The translations under genes were made by a program, and so were the position numbers. Shown here in pieces: positions 1-7,840 of a stretch of 33,211 nucleotides of DNA. The stretch is from Minisyncoccia bacterium (GTDB lineage Bacteria; Patescibacteriota; Minisyncoccia; Phycocordibacterales; Phycocordibacteraceae), in assembly GCA_038912545.1 (NCBI GenBank), contig JBCLFD010000004.1:1-33211 (forward strand), in the 5' to 3' direction. Within the stretch, counting starts at the first letter, position 1, and every line of letters starts with the position of its first letter. The notes beneath the pieces are model-generated. The model ran no database searches, was not told the DNA's origin, and saw nothing but the letters and a program-made list of their open reading frames with translations.

Positions 1-375
1 AACTTCAGTCTTGCGACTAATCGCACGTATAAAGATAAGAATGGTCAGAAGCAGGAAACAACCGAATTCCATAACGTCGTCGCATTCGGACGCACAGCAG
101 AGGTCATCGCGCAGTACTGTAAGAAGGGTCGTCCTATCTTCGTTGAAGGTCGTATCACGACGCGCTCATGGGATGATAAAGAGAGCGGAAAGAAGAATTA
201 CCGTACAGAAATCATTGTGGAGAACTTCCAATTCGGTGCTGATGGTGGAAAGGGCGGAGGTGGAACGAGCACAAACGTCACCCCCGCCGAAGGCAGATCC
301 GCCTCTGGCGGAAAAAACAGCGAGGAAATTCAGTACCCTGATGAGCAGATTAATCCCGAGGACATTCCGTTTTAA
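1..375 (+). CDS. ssb: Single-stranded DNA-binding protein, 5'-truncated by window edge
   Basis: Frame 1 translation (not in ORF track): NFSLATNRTYKDKNGQKQETTEFHNVVAFGRTAE...VEGRITTRSW...YRTEIIVENFQF, Gly-rich linker, C-terminal EDIPF, stop at 373-375; followed by rpsR. Confidence 0.97.
   Translation, partial: NFSLATNRTYKDKNGQKQETTEFHNVVAFGRTAEVIAQYCKKGRPIFVEGRITTRSWDDKESGKKNYRTEIIVENFQFGADGGKGGGGTSTNVTPAEGRSASGGKNSEEIQYPDEQINPEDIPF
283..312 (+). repeat. 30-bp in-frame palindromic element, family A copy 1 (encodes PAEGRSASGG in SSB linker)
   Basis: cccgccgaaggcagatccgcctctggcgga; 27/30 identical to 7317-7346; CCGCC/GGCGG terminal inverted repeat. Confidence 0.85.
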
Positions 376-413
376 CTACAGACTATCAACTACAACCTAC
401 TAACTATTTATAT

Positions 414-620
414 ATGGCCCACCAAGCTGAACGTGAAGAAATAGAAATTAAGAAATGCATTGACTATAAGGACGTTGCGTACCTGAAGCAATTCACCAAT
501 CCGCATGCGAAGATGCTCTCCAAGAAGCGCACTGGCATCCCCGCAGGGAAACAGCGCGATATCATGCAGGCCATCAAGCGCGCCCGCTATATGGCGCTCA
601 TGCCCTACGTCTCTGCGTAA
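414..620 (+). CDS. rpsR: 30S ribosomal protein S18
   Basis: IDYKD..LKQF...KMLSKKRTG....QR....AIKRARYMALMPY motif; ssb-rpsR synteny. Confidence 0.97.
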   Translation: MAHQAEREEIEIKKCIDYKDVAYLKQFTNPHAKMLSKKRTGIPAGKQRDIMQAIKRARYMALMPYVSA

Positions 621-637
621 CAATGTATAATCTGGAC

Positions 638-1501
638 ATGGAACAACCTTCTAGTCCGGAAAGACCTAAGAAAAAAGGATATTCTATCGAGTATACGAGG
701 CCTCTGATAGAGACTGGAGATGGATATAATCCTGCTATTACATTAACTGATGACATTACTCATGAGCTCATAGCTAAGATAATAAGCGGGCGGGTGTACA
801 CGGGCCTTTCTATTTTAGAACATGAGGCAAATAGTCACATAGAAGAATCAAAACAACTCCTCGAAGAAAATTTACATGACGATGACTTGGAGGGTAAGAG
901 GTATGTTGACAACGAGAAGCGTACTATCGCTCATTGGGAGAATCAATTGAAATTGGTACGAGAACTGTGGATTAAAAACAATGATAGATTCAAGATCACA
1001 ATAGAAAGTTACCTCGATGAGGTTAGAACGTATCCAAACAACCATTCTCTAATGGAGTGTATGGCGTCCTGCATTTTGATACCATTTTCTTCCGAACAAG
1101 AACCAGCGAAGTTAATAAATATAGGAGGACATCGATATACTGTCAGTAGTCTTCGAGTGGGAGATACGGAAAAATATTTCCTCACCACAACAGACGCTAA
1201 AATGGAAGAAGTAAGAGACAAAGACCAACCAGAATTTATAGGCTATCGCTCATGGTATGAAGGACGTTTTTCGATTGGGCGTTACGACTCTTACTATTCT
1301 GATCTGGATCATAAAACTGGAGAAAGAATTGAATCACACAGAATCTATGTGGATGTTCTAGTGCGATCTAAAGATGATTTAGATAGAGCCACGGAATTAA
1401 GAGATAGTATTGCAGAGAAAATAAAGACAATGAAGGAATTGGAGATAAAAGAATTCGGGCTTCTTCACGAAGAGAGAACAGATAACGGCTGGGTACCTTA
1501 A
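638..1501 (+). CDS. Hypothetical protein, AT-rich, charged (ORF track start 623; ATG 638 preferred)
   Basis: Long open frame, lower GC than flanks; TATAAT at 626-631 lies 6 nt before ATG 638; no family recognised. Confidence 0.7.
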   Translation: MEQPSSPERPKKKGYSIEYTRPLIETGDGYNPAITLTDDITHELIAKIISGRVYTGLSILEHEANSHIEESKQLLEENLHDDDLEGKRYVDNEKRTIAHWENQLKLVRELWIKNNDRFKITIESYLDEVRTYPNNHSLMECMASCILIPFSSEQEPAKLINIGGHRYTVSSLRVGDTEKYFLTTTDAKMEEVRDKDQPEFIGYRSWYEGRFSIGRYDSYYSDLDHKTGERIESHRIYVDVLVRSKDDLDRATELRDSIAEKIKTMKELEIKEFGLLHEERTDNGWVP

Positions 1502-2082
1502 GTGAAAAGTCTTTTTTCGACCCGTTCGGTGTATTCGCCCGTGTCGGTGTTGATGCGGACGATGTCGCCCGTATTGATAAAGAGTGGGACGTTGACAGAG
1601 GCACCCGTGGAGAGTTTCGCGATTTTGGTCCCACCCGAGACGGTATTGCCTTTGACTGCCGGCGGAGCATCAGCCACTTCGAGGTCAACTTTCACGGGGA
1701 TTTTAATCGTCATTGGCCTGTCTTCGTAGATAAGTACATCCACAAGCGCGTTTTGCGCGAGCCACTGCACGCGGTCGTGCACGATATTTTCTGGGAAGGC
1801 AAAACGATTTTTTGCATTGCCTTCTTCCGCGAACCAGCTCTCGCCCTTATTGGTATATAAATAGCGCGCTTGCATGGTACTCACGTCCGCCTCGCTCACC
1901 GTCTCGTTCTGATGGAAGGAAATTTCAACCACTTTGCCCGAGACGAGATGGCGAAGCTTCGTTTGATTGACCGGCTTCCTCTGTTGCATACGAAAGATGT
2001 GCGCCGAGAGCACATCGTACGGCTCACCGTTATAGGTGATGATTGTTCCAGAAAGTATTTCGTTGTAAGATAATATTGCCAT
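1498..2082 (-). CDS. efp: Translation elongation factor P
   Basis: YLY, PPAVKGNT.SGG.K.A.LSTG..VNVPLFI..GD.VRINT.TGEY.ER C-terminal signature. Confidence 0.95.
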   Translation of the reverse strand: MAILSYNEILSGTIITYNGEPYDVLSAHIFRMQQRKPVNQTKLRHLVSGKVVEISFHQNETVSEADVSTMQARYLYTNKGESWFAEEGNAKNRFAFPENIVHDRVQWLAQNALVDVLIYEDRPMTIKIPVKVDLEVADAPPAVKGNTVSGGTKIAKLSTGASVNVPLFINTGDIVRINTDTGEYTERVEKRLFT

Positions 2083-2224
2083 ATTATCTTGCTCCCTGCG
2101 TGCGCTCGAACAAACATCTGAAAACAGACATTTGATTCTCGCTTACTTGGTAGTAACTAAGAATAGCCATATGTAGTTATAAAAATTACCGCAAGACGCG
2201 GATTCGTGTATGCTAGCAGACATA

Positions 2225-2809
2225 ATGGCTTTATCAAGTTTTAGAGATGATGTCGGCTCATTGACAGATGCCGAGGTACTCGCGCGTTCACGCAGAGAAC
2301 CCTCGCTTTTTGCCGAACTGGTCCGTCGCTACGAAGCGCCACTCCTGCGCCGGGCGCGCACGGTGTTGCACAGCAAAGAGGATGCTGAAGAGGCCGTGCA
2401 AGACGCCTTCACGAAGATGTATCTCTATGCCGACAAGTATCATGCGCAAGAGGGAGCGAGCTTCTCTTCATGGGCGTACACGATTTTGAATCGGGTCGCG
2501 TATACAAAATATACGACGCGTCGTAAACAAGGGAGCCAGCGCGTTGAGTTGGAAACAGAGCATTATGAATCTCTACCGGACTCCCGCGCCGAATTCTTAG
2601 AAGATTTATCCATCAGAAACGAAGTACTCGCTGCGCTCGCGAAACTGCCTGAAACCGCGGCAAAAATCCTTCGGTTGCAGTTTATTGAAGGGAAGACGCA
2701 GGAGGAGATAGCGGAGAGTGAGCAGCTCTCTATCCCTGCGGTGAAAACGCGGGTGCACCGCGCGAAAAAACTTTTCAAAGAAGCATACGATGATCAACAA
2801 ATACTATGA
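2225..2809 (+). CDS. ECF-family RNA polymerase sigma factor (start 2210 or 2225)
   Basis: Region 2 F.ELVRRY...DAEEAVQDAF....FSSWAYTI..R; region 4 LP....ILRLQFIEG.TQEEIA.....IPAVKTRVHRA. Confidence 0.93.
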   Translation: MALSSFRDDVGSLTDAEVLARSRREPSLFAELVRRYEAPLLRRARTVLHSKEDAEEAVQDAFTKMYLYADKYHAQEGASFSSWAYTILNRVAYTKYTTRRKQGSQRVELETEHYESLPDSRAEFLEDLSIRNEVLAALAKLPETAAKILRLQFIEGKTQEEIAESEQLSIPAVKTRVHRAKKLFKEAYDDQQIL

Positions 2810-3138
2810 ATCCCGAAACTAACATTGAACGCGTCGTCATGCGCAGGGTGCGTCTCATACGCATTCTTGCACTCATCATCTCAACAGCGATGCTAGCCGT
2901 ACTTACGGCAGTTGCTGCGCTCTGGGGCATTGGCAGGGAAGTGTGGGTCGCGCACGTCTTCCAGAACATGCCATCAATGAGTAATATCGGCGCGCTTCTC
3001 AATTTCTGGGTCTCGGCGTTTCTTAATACGCACCTTATCGTTCAGGCGCTCACGGTACTCACATTCATTTCGCTTCTCTTCCTCGCCCGCGAGACCACCC
3101 GCTTCCTCGTCTCTTTCTTCACCCCCATCCGCGCCTAG
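2806..3138 (+). CDS. Small membrane protein, putative anti-sigma partner
   Basis: ATGA overlap with sigma stop; two or three hydrophobic segments. Confidence 0.7.
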   Translation: MNPETNIERVVMRRVRLIRILALIISTAMLAVLTAVAALWGIGREVWVAHVFQNMPSMSNIGALLNFWVSAFLNTHLIVQALTVLTFISLLFLARETTRFLVSFFTPIRA

Positions 3139-4184
3139 CCATCCGCGAGTTTTTCTTTAATTTGTTTGAGGAGGGTTTTGGCGATGTCTTTATTCTCGCG
3201 GAGGTATACTCGGGTGGCGTCGTAGCCCACTGCGAGCTTAACCTCGCCCATCTTGTAGGTGGCGCCTGCCTTCTCAATGATACCGAACTTCTCGCCGAGC
3301 GCGATAAGCTCGCCTTCACGGCTGATGCCCTCATTGTATAGCAGGTCGAATTCGGTTGTTTTGAACGGTGCCGCGACTTTATTTTTCACCACCTTTACAC
3401 GCACGCGGCCGCCGACTACCTCTTCGCCCTTCTTAATGCTCGCGATGCGTCGGATATCAAGGCGCACCGAGGTATAGAACTTAAGCGCCTTACCGCCTGG
3501 AGTTGTCTCCGGGTTGCCGAACATCACGCCAATTTGCATGCGAATTTGGTTGATGAAGACGATGATGGTCTTGCTCCGCGCCACGATGGCGGTCAGCTTG
3601 CGTAGTGCTTGGCTCATCAGGCGCGCCTGCTTGCCGACATGCTGTTGGCCCATCTCTCCCTCAATTTCGTCTTTCGGAGTGAGCGCCGCGACCGAGTCAA
3701 TGACGATGATGTCAACATTCCCGCTTCGCACGAGCGATTCCACGATGTCTAGCGCCTGTTCGCCATTGTCCGGCTGGGAGATAAGAAGCTCGGCCAGCTT
3801 CACACCGATTCTGCGTGCATACTCAGGATCAAGCGCGTGCTCGGCGTCAACGAAGGCCGCGATACCGCCGGCTTTTTGCGCTTCGGCGACTATATGTAGG
3901 GCGAGCGTTGTCTTACCTGAAGATTCAGGGCCAAAAATTTCAATGATACGCCCGCGAGGGACTCCGCCTACGCCAAGCGCCGCATCAAGTCCAACGGAGC
4001 CGGTTGAAATGACCGGAATTTTCTGTGGCACACCGGCGCCAAACGTGGTGATTGATTCGTCGCCGAATTTCGTGCGTATTTCTTTCAGCGCTTGATCGAT
4101 TGACTTTTGCTTCTCGCTTTTATCAGCGGTTGCCGCAGTGATCGTCTTCAAGATCTTTTCTTTTTTTGGTTTTCCGAATGCCAT
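3135..4184 (-). CDS. recA: Recombinase A
   Basis: [51 protein letters not shown]. Confidence 0.99.
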   Translation of the reverse strand: MAFGKPKKEKILKTITAATADKSEKQKSIDQALKEIRTKFGDESITTFGAGVPQKIPVISTGSVGLDAALGVGGVPRGRIIEIFGPESSGKTTLALHIVAEAQKAGGIAAFVDAEHALDPEYARRIGVKLAELLISQPDNGEQALDIVESLVRSGNVDIIVIDSVAALTPKDEIEGEMGQQHVGKQARLMSQALRKLTAIVARSKTIIVFINQIRMQIGVMFGNPETTPGGKALKFYTSVRLDIRRIASIKKGEEVVGGRVRVKVVKNKVAAPFKTTEFDLLYNEGISREGELIALGEKFGIIEKAGATYKMGEVKLAVGYDATRVYLRENKDIAKTLLKQIKEKLADG

Positions 4185-4193
4185 AGGGATTAA

Positions 4194-4517
4194 TTAGGGT
4201 ACAAAAATATTCCGCACAGCGGTTACCGTCCTGCCGAAGCGGTCAATAGCCGTAAAGGTAAGTATAGACCCCCCGCGAGGAAACGTCAGTACCGTCGTAA
4301 AAGCACCGTCTTCTGCACGAAGCACGGGAGCTCCGTTAACCGTTAACTCGGCAGAGCGTCTTGCGATACCCGAGACGCTCACGATACCAGACGGATAGGA
4401 TGCGTAATCAATAGGAGAGATGATAACGAGCGAGGGTCCAACAATGAGCGGCCACGCTTTTACAAGACCGTAAGTAAGAACACCGACGAGTAAGATAGCC
4501 AAGACGTACCGGAACAT
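4194..4517 (-). CDS. Small membrane-anchored protein with Ig-like fold
   Basis: N-terminal TM then P.L.I.SP...VSG...LTVNG...DGAF...L..G...L...A.DRFG pattern; sits between ftsK and recA. Confidence 0.75.
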   Translation of the reverse strand: MFRYVLAILLVGVLTYGLVKAWPLIVGPSLVIISPIDYASYPSGIVSVSGIARRSAELTVNGAPVLRAEDGAFTTVLTFPRGGSILTFTAIDRFGRTVTAVRNIFVP

Positions 4518-4519
4518 AA

Positions 4520-6730
4520 TTAGAAGCGCGCGTCTTCCTCGCTACTCGCAATATCGGGGTTCGTCGGCTGGCGGAGTGTGTCGGCATTTCGTGTGAGTAT
4601 CTCGCGCGGCTTGCTTCCGTCGGCGCCGCCGATGACCCCGCGTGCTTCAAGCACATCCATCAGACGCGCCGCACGCGAGTAACCAATCTTCAACTTACGT
4701 TGAAGGTACGAGGTTGAGGCGCGTCCGGCTTCTTCAACCGCCCGTTTCGCGTCTTCATACAAGTCGTCGTCAATTTCGTCATAGTTGGCGAAGTCGCCAT
4801 TCGCCAGACCAATCACATCATTTGGCTCAATCACAGTCCCGTTTGCATTACCGAAGTCAATGCTCGTCAGGTCGCCCGCATTGTGACTCTTGATATAGTG
4901 CGCGACCTTCTTCACCTCGTCTTCGGAGATGAATGCCGTCTGGATGCGCACGGGCTTTTGCATATCGCTGGACAGGTAGAGCATATCGCCAGCGCCGAGG
5001 AGCGTTTCTGCGCCCGCGCCGTCAAGAATCGTTCGGGAATCAATCTGCGAATTGACCTGGAACGCGAGCCGCGTCGGCACGTTCGCTTTAATAAGCCCGG
5101 TAATGACATTGACCGACGGGCGCTGGGTTGAAATCACGAGATGAATACCGACCGCTCGCGACATTTGCGCGAGCCGGACGATGCCGGCCTCAAGCTCGCG
5201 CGGATAGGTATGCATAATATCGGCGAGCTCATCAATCACGATGATGATAAACGGCAGTGCCTCGGGCATATCAGAGTCGCCTCGCTTCTTCGCCGGCTCA
5301 AAGACGGTGGCGTGGTATGAATCTATGTCGCGCACGCGCTTTGCCTCCAGGATGTTATAGCGTCGCTCCATTTCCTTTGCCGCCCATTTGAGCGAGAGAA
5401 TCGTTTTCTTCGGATCCGTAATGACCGGGGTCAGGAGATGCGGAATCCCGTTATACATCGTGAGTTCCACGCGTTTCGGGTCAATCATAATAAAACGCAG
5501 TTGATTCGGGCCGTTGCGATAGAGGAGCGAGATGATAATCGCATGTAGGGCGACACTTTTACCCGAACCCGTCGCGCCTGCGACAAGCGCGTGCGGCATT
5601 TTTCCGATGTTCAGATACCGCGGCGTGCCGGCGATGTCGCGCCCGAGCGCGGCGAGAAGCGGCTTAGTGCTCGCGTTCCACTCGGGCGCATTGAGGAGAC
5701 CTCCGAGTCCGACCAGCGCCTTGGTCGTATTCGGCACCTCAATGCCGACGAGCGACTTGCCTGGAATCGGCGCTTCAATGCGGACTGGATGCGCCGCGAG
5801 CGCGAGCTCCAGATTGTTCGCGAGCGACACGATTTTGGAAAGGCGGACGCCCTCGGCGGGCTTCACCGCATAGCGCGTGACGGTCGGGCCCACCGACACC
5901 TCGTCCATTTCAAGATCAATGCCGAAGTTTTGGAACGTGCGTTTGATGATATTCGCATTCGCTTTAATGTCGCCGACGCCCGGCCGTCCGCGGTCGGAAC
6001 CGAGAATGGAGAGTGGAGGCGGATTATATTCGGCATCATAATTCATGATACCCACTGCAGTTCTCTGATTTCCGCCAATAGGCGCGCCTCTGGCGGACTG
6101 GTTGAACACATTCACTACCGGTTCGTGTTCAAGTTCCGGCTCTATCGGTTTGTCATCCGCGACCTCTTCTTCGTCAAACGGCACGCCGACTACATCGCTA
6201 AACTCCTCTTCTTCAGCGCGCGGGTGGCGCAGGCGCGACCAGAGCGAGAAGATGTTTTCGGTCATCAGCGCCGCAAGCGCTTCAATGTCGCTCACGATTG
6301 CAACACCGACCGCGAGCGTCGCGATGAGGAGTACGAATGCGCCCCAGAAGCCGAAGAACCCGGAAAGAATATCGCCAAACCACGTGCCCGCCATCCCGCC
6401 GAACGTCGCTTCAGGGAAGAGTCCGACGAAGGCAAGCACCGATGCGGAGATAACAATGAGTCCAGACGCGGTGAGAAGCGCAATGGTCGGCCGACCGAAT
6501 CCTGCGTAGAAACCAACGGCGATAAGTGCAATCGGTAATGCGAATGCGCCTATACCGACGATAGTGTAGGCGAAGGTGAACACCACTTTGCCGACCGGCC
6601 CCGCTCCGTCGAAGATAGCGAGCGCAAGCAAGACGCCCACAGCAATGAGAACAATCGCAGAGGACCAGCGGATGAGCGCGTCGTACTCCCGTACTTCTTC
6701 TTCTCTACCCTGTGCGCGGCGACGAGCCAT
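4520..6730 (-). CDS. ftsK: DNA translocase FtsK/SpoIIIE
   Basis: N-terminal TM domain, RIEAPIPGK, PHALVAGATGSGKS, IDPKRVEL, IDELAD, TQRPS, gamma domain STSYLQRKLKIGYSRAARLMD. Confidence 0.98.
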   Translation of the reverse strand: MARRRAQGREEEVREYDALIRWSSAIVLIAVGVLLALAIFDGAGPVGKVVFTFAYTIVGIGAFALPIALIAVGFYAGFGRPTIALLTASGLIVISASVLAFVGLFPEATFGGMAGTWFGDILSGFFGFWGAFVLLIATLAVGVAIVSDIEALAALMTENIFSLWSRLRHPRAEEEEFSDVVGVPFDEEEVADDKPIEPELEHEPVVNVFNQSARGAPIGGNQRTAVGIMNYDAEYNPPPLSILGSDRGRPGVGDIKANANIIKRTFQNFGIDLEMDEVSVGPTVTRYAVKPAEGVRLSKIVSLANNLELALAAHPVRIEAPIPGKSLVGIEVPNTTKALVGLGGLLNAPEWNASTKPLLAALGRDIAGTPRYLNIGKMPHALVAGATGSGKSVALHAIIISLLYRNGPNQLRFIMIDPKRVELTMYNGIPHLLTPVITDPKKTILSLKWAAKEMERRYNILEAKRVRDIDSYHATVFEPAKKRGDSDMPEALPFIIIVIDELADIMHTYPRELEAGIVRLAQMSRAVGIHLVISTQRPSVNVITGLIKANVPTRLAFQVNSQIDSRTILDGAGAETLLGAGDMLYLSSDMQKPVRIQTAFISEDEVKKVAHYIKSHNAGDLTSIDFGNANGTVIEPNDVIGLANGDFANYDEIDDDLYEDAKRAVEEAGRASTSYLQRKLKIGYSRAARLMDVLEARGVIGGADGSKPREILTRNADTLRQPTNPDIASSEEDARF
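6071..6097 (-). repeat. 27-bp in-frame palindromic element, family A copy 2 (encodes SARGAPIGG in FtsK linker)
   Basis: Plus strand tccgccaataggcgcgcctctggcgga shares TCCGCC...GCCTCTGGCGGA with copies at 283 and 7317. Confidence 0.7.
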
Positions 6731-6794
6731 AATATGTGTATTGTATCACGGCACTTGCGTGCGAACGGTACAGACGTATAATGTCTTATACGAT

Positions 6795-7577
6795 ATGGGA
6801 CAAGAATCAACAAATAAAGGTCACGAGATAGATATAAGACATCTATCAGTGAAGAATAAAGAGTATCATGATATTGATTTTGTCCTAGAAAAAAGCATAT
6901 TTGCAAACATATTTGAAAAGGACATACGCCGTGTCTTTATATATAAAAAGGCAGAACGACTCGCCAAAGCCATCCATCTTATCACTCCGGCATTCGTCGA
7001 ATCCCCGTCGTTACGAAACCGAATTGACGCTATCGCTATAGGACTTATTGATTCAGCTATACTGCCGTCTGGCACAGCACGCACCGCGCTTTCACGCGAA
7101 CTGCTCGCGCTCTCAAGCATTCTTTCTATTGCGCGTACGGGAGGATTTCTTTCACAAATGAATACGAATCTTATCACACACGAAGCTCATATTCTGCTTC
7201 AAGAAGTAGCAACCTACGAAGAACCTCGTTTATCTCTTGACGAGGTACCGACTCTCTCCGGAATTGCTCGCCAAGCGCAGTCCGCCGCGCCTTCTTCAAA
7301 AATTCGTAAAACGCATTCCGCCGAAGGCGGATTCGCCTCTGGCGGAAAAGAACATATAGGACACAAAGCAGAAGTAACGGACACAAAGTTAAAGGACAGA
7401 AGAGAAGGCATACTGTCCGTTATAAGAAGCAAAGGCAAGGCTAGCATAAAGGACATTTCTATGATTATTCGTGGCGTTTCTGAAAAGACGATACAGCGCG
7501 AACTTCAAGCACTTGTAGAAGCTCGCCTTATATCAAAACAAGGAGAAAGACGCTGGACCAGATATTCAATAATCTAG
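6795..7577 (+). CDS. Helical-bundle + C-terminal winged-HTH (DeoR-like HTH) DNA-binding protein
   Basis: C-terminal R...ILSVIR.KG.ASIKDI......VSEKTIQRELQALVE..LI.KQGERRWTRY; ATG 6795 avoids overlap with ftsK; TATAAT at 6777-6782. Confidence 0.8.
   Translation: MGQESTNKGHEIDIRHLSVKNKEYHDIDFVLEKSIFANIFEKDIRRVFIYKKAERLAKAIHLITPAFVESPSLRNRIDAIAIGLIDSAILPSGTARTALSRELLALSSILSIARTGGFLSQMNTNLITHEAHILLQEVATYEEPRLSLDEVPTLSGIARQAQSAAPSSKIRKTHSAEGGFASGGKEHIGHKAEVTDTKLKDRREGILSVIRSKGKASIKDISMIIRGVSEKTIQRELQALVEARLISKQGERRWTRYSII
7317..7346 (+). repeat. 30-bp in-frame palindromic element, family A copy 3 (encodes SAEGGFASGG)
   Basis: tccgccgaaggcggattcgcctctggcgga in the inter-domain linker. Confidence 0.85.
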
Positions 7578-7636
7578 GCCAAAATTTTGGAGGAGTTGAC
7601 CCTGTTTGTCGTATTTGATAGTATATATGCGTGCTG

Positions 7637-7645
7637 TTATCCACA
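7637..7645 (+). promoter_or_regulatory. Perfect DnaA box
   Basis: TTATCCACA in the intergenic region upstream of the S-layer-like gene. Confidence 0.5.
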
Positions 7646-7840
7646 GGTATAGAACAGAGAAATGCTTGTTCCTGCTGTATACTTGTTTTTAGTCCCAACA
7701 GGGGACATATGTTCTTCAACCTTTGCCAACTAACCCAGGGCACGCAGGTCGATACCGCGTGGCGTGGGTCAGTATGATTGAAAGTGCGTTCACTTCAAAC
7801 TTAAATTAATCATGTGCTCCTAAAATAATTAATAATTGTT

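Noticed and set aside
11-403. 130-aa ORF in the track
   Set aside because: Off-frame shadow of ssb, which reads in frame 1 and ends in DIPF
6576-6794. N-terminal extension of the HTH ORF
   Set aside because: Overlaps ftsK on the opposite strand; ATG 6795 downstream of a -10 box is more plausible
3259-6906. Long antisense/alternate ORFs over recA and ftsK (e.g. 3514-4095, 5591-6538)
   Set aside because: Shadow frames of GC-rich conserved genes with no recognisable motifs
7637-7840. Replication origin
   Set aside because: Only one perfect DnaA box and no dnaA/dnaN nearby; better explained as the S-layer promoter and leader
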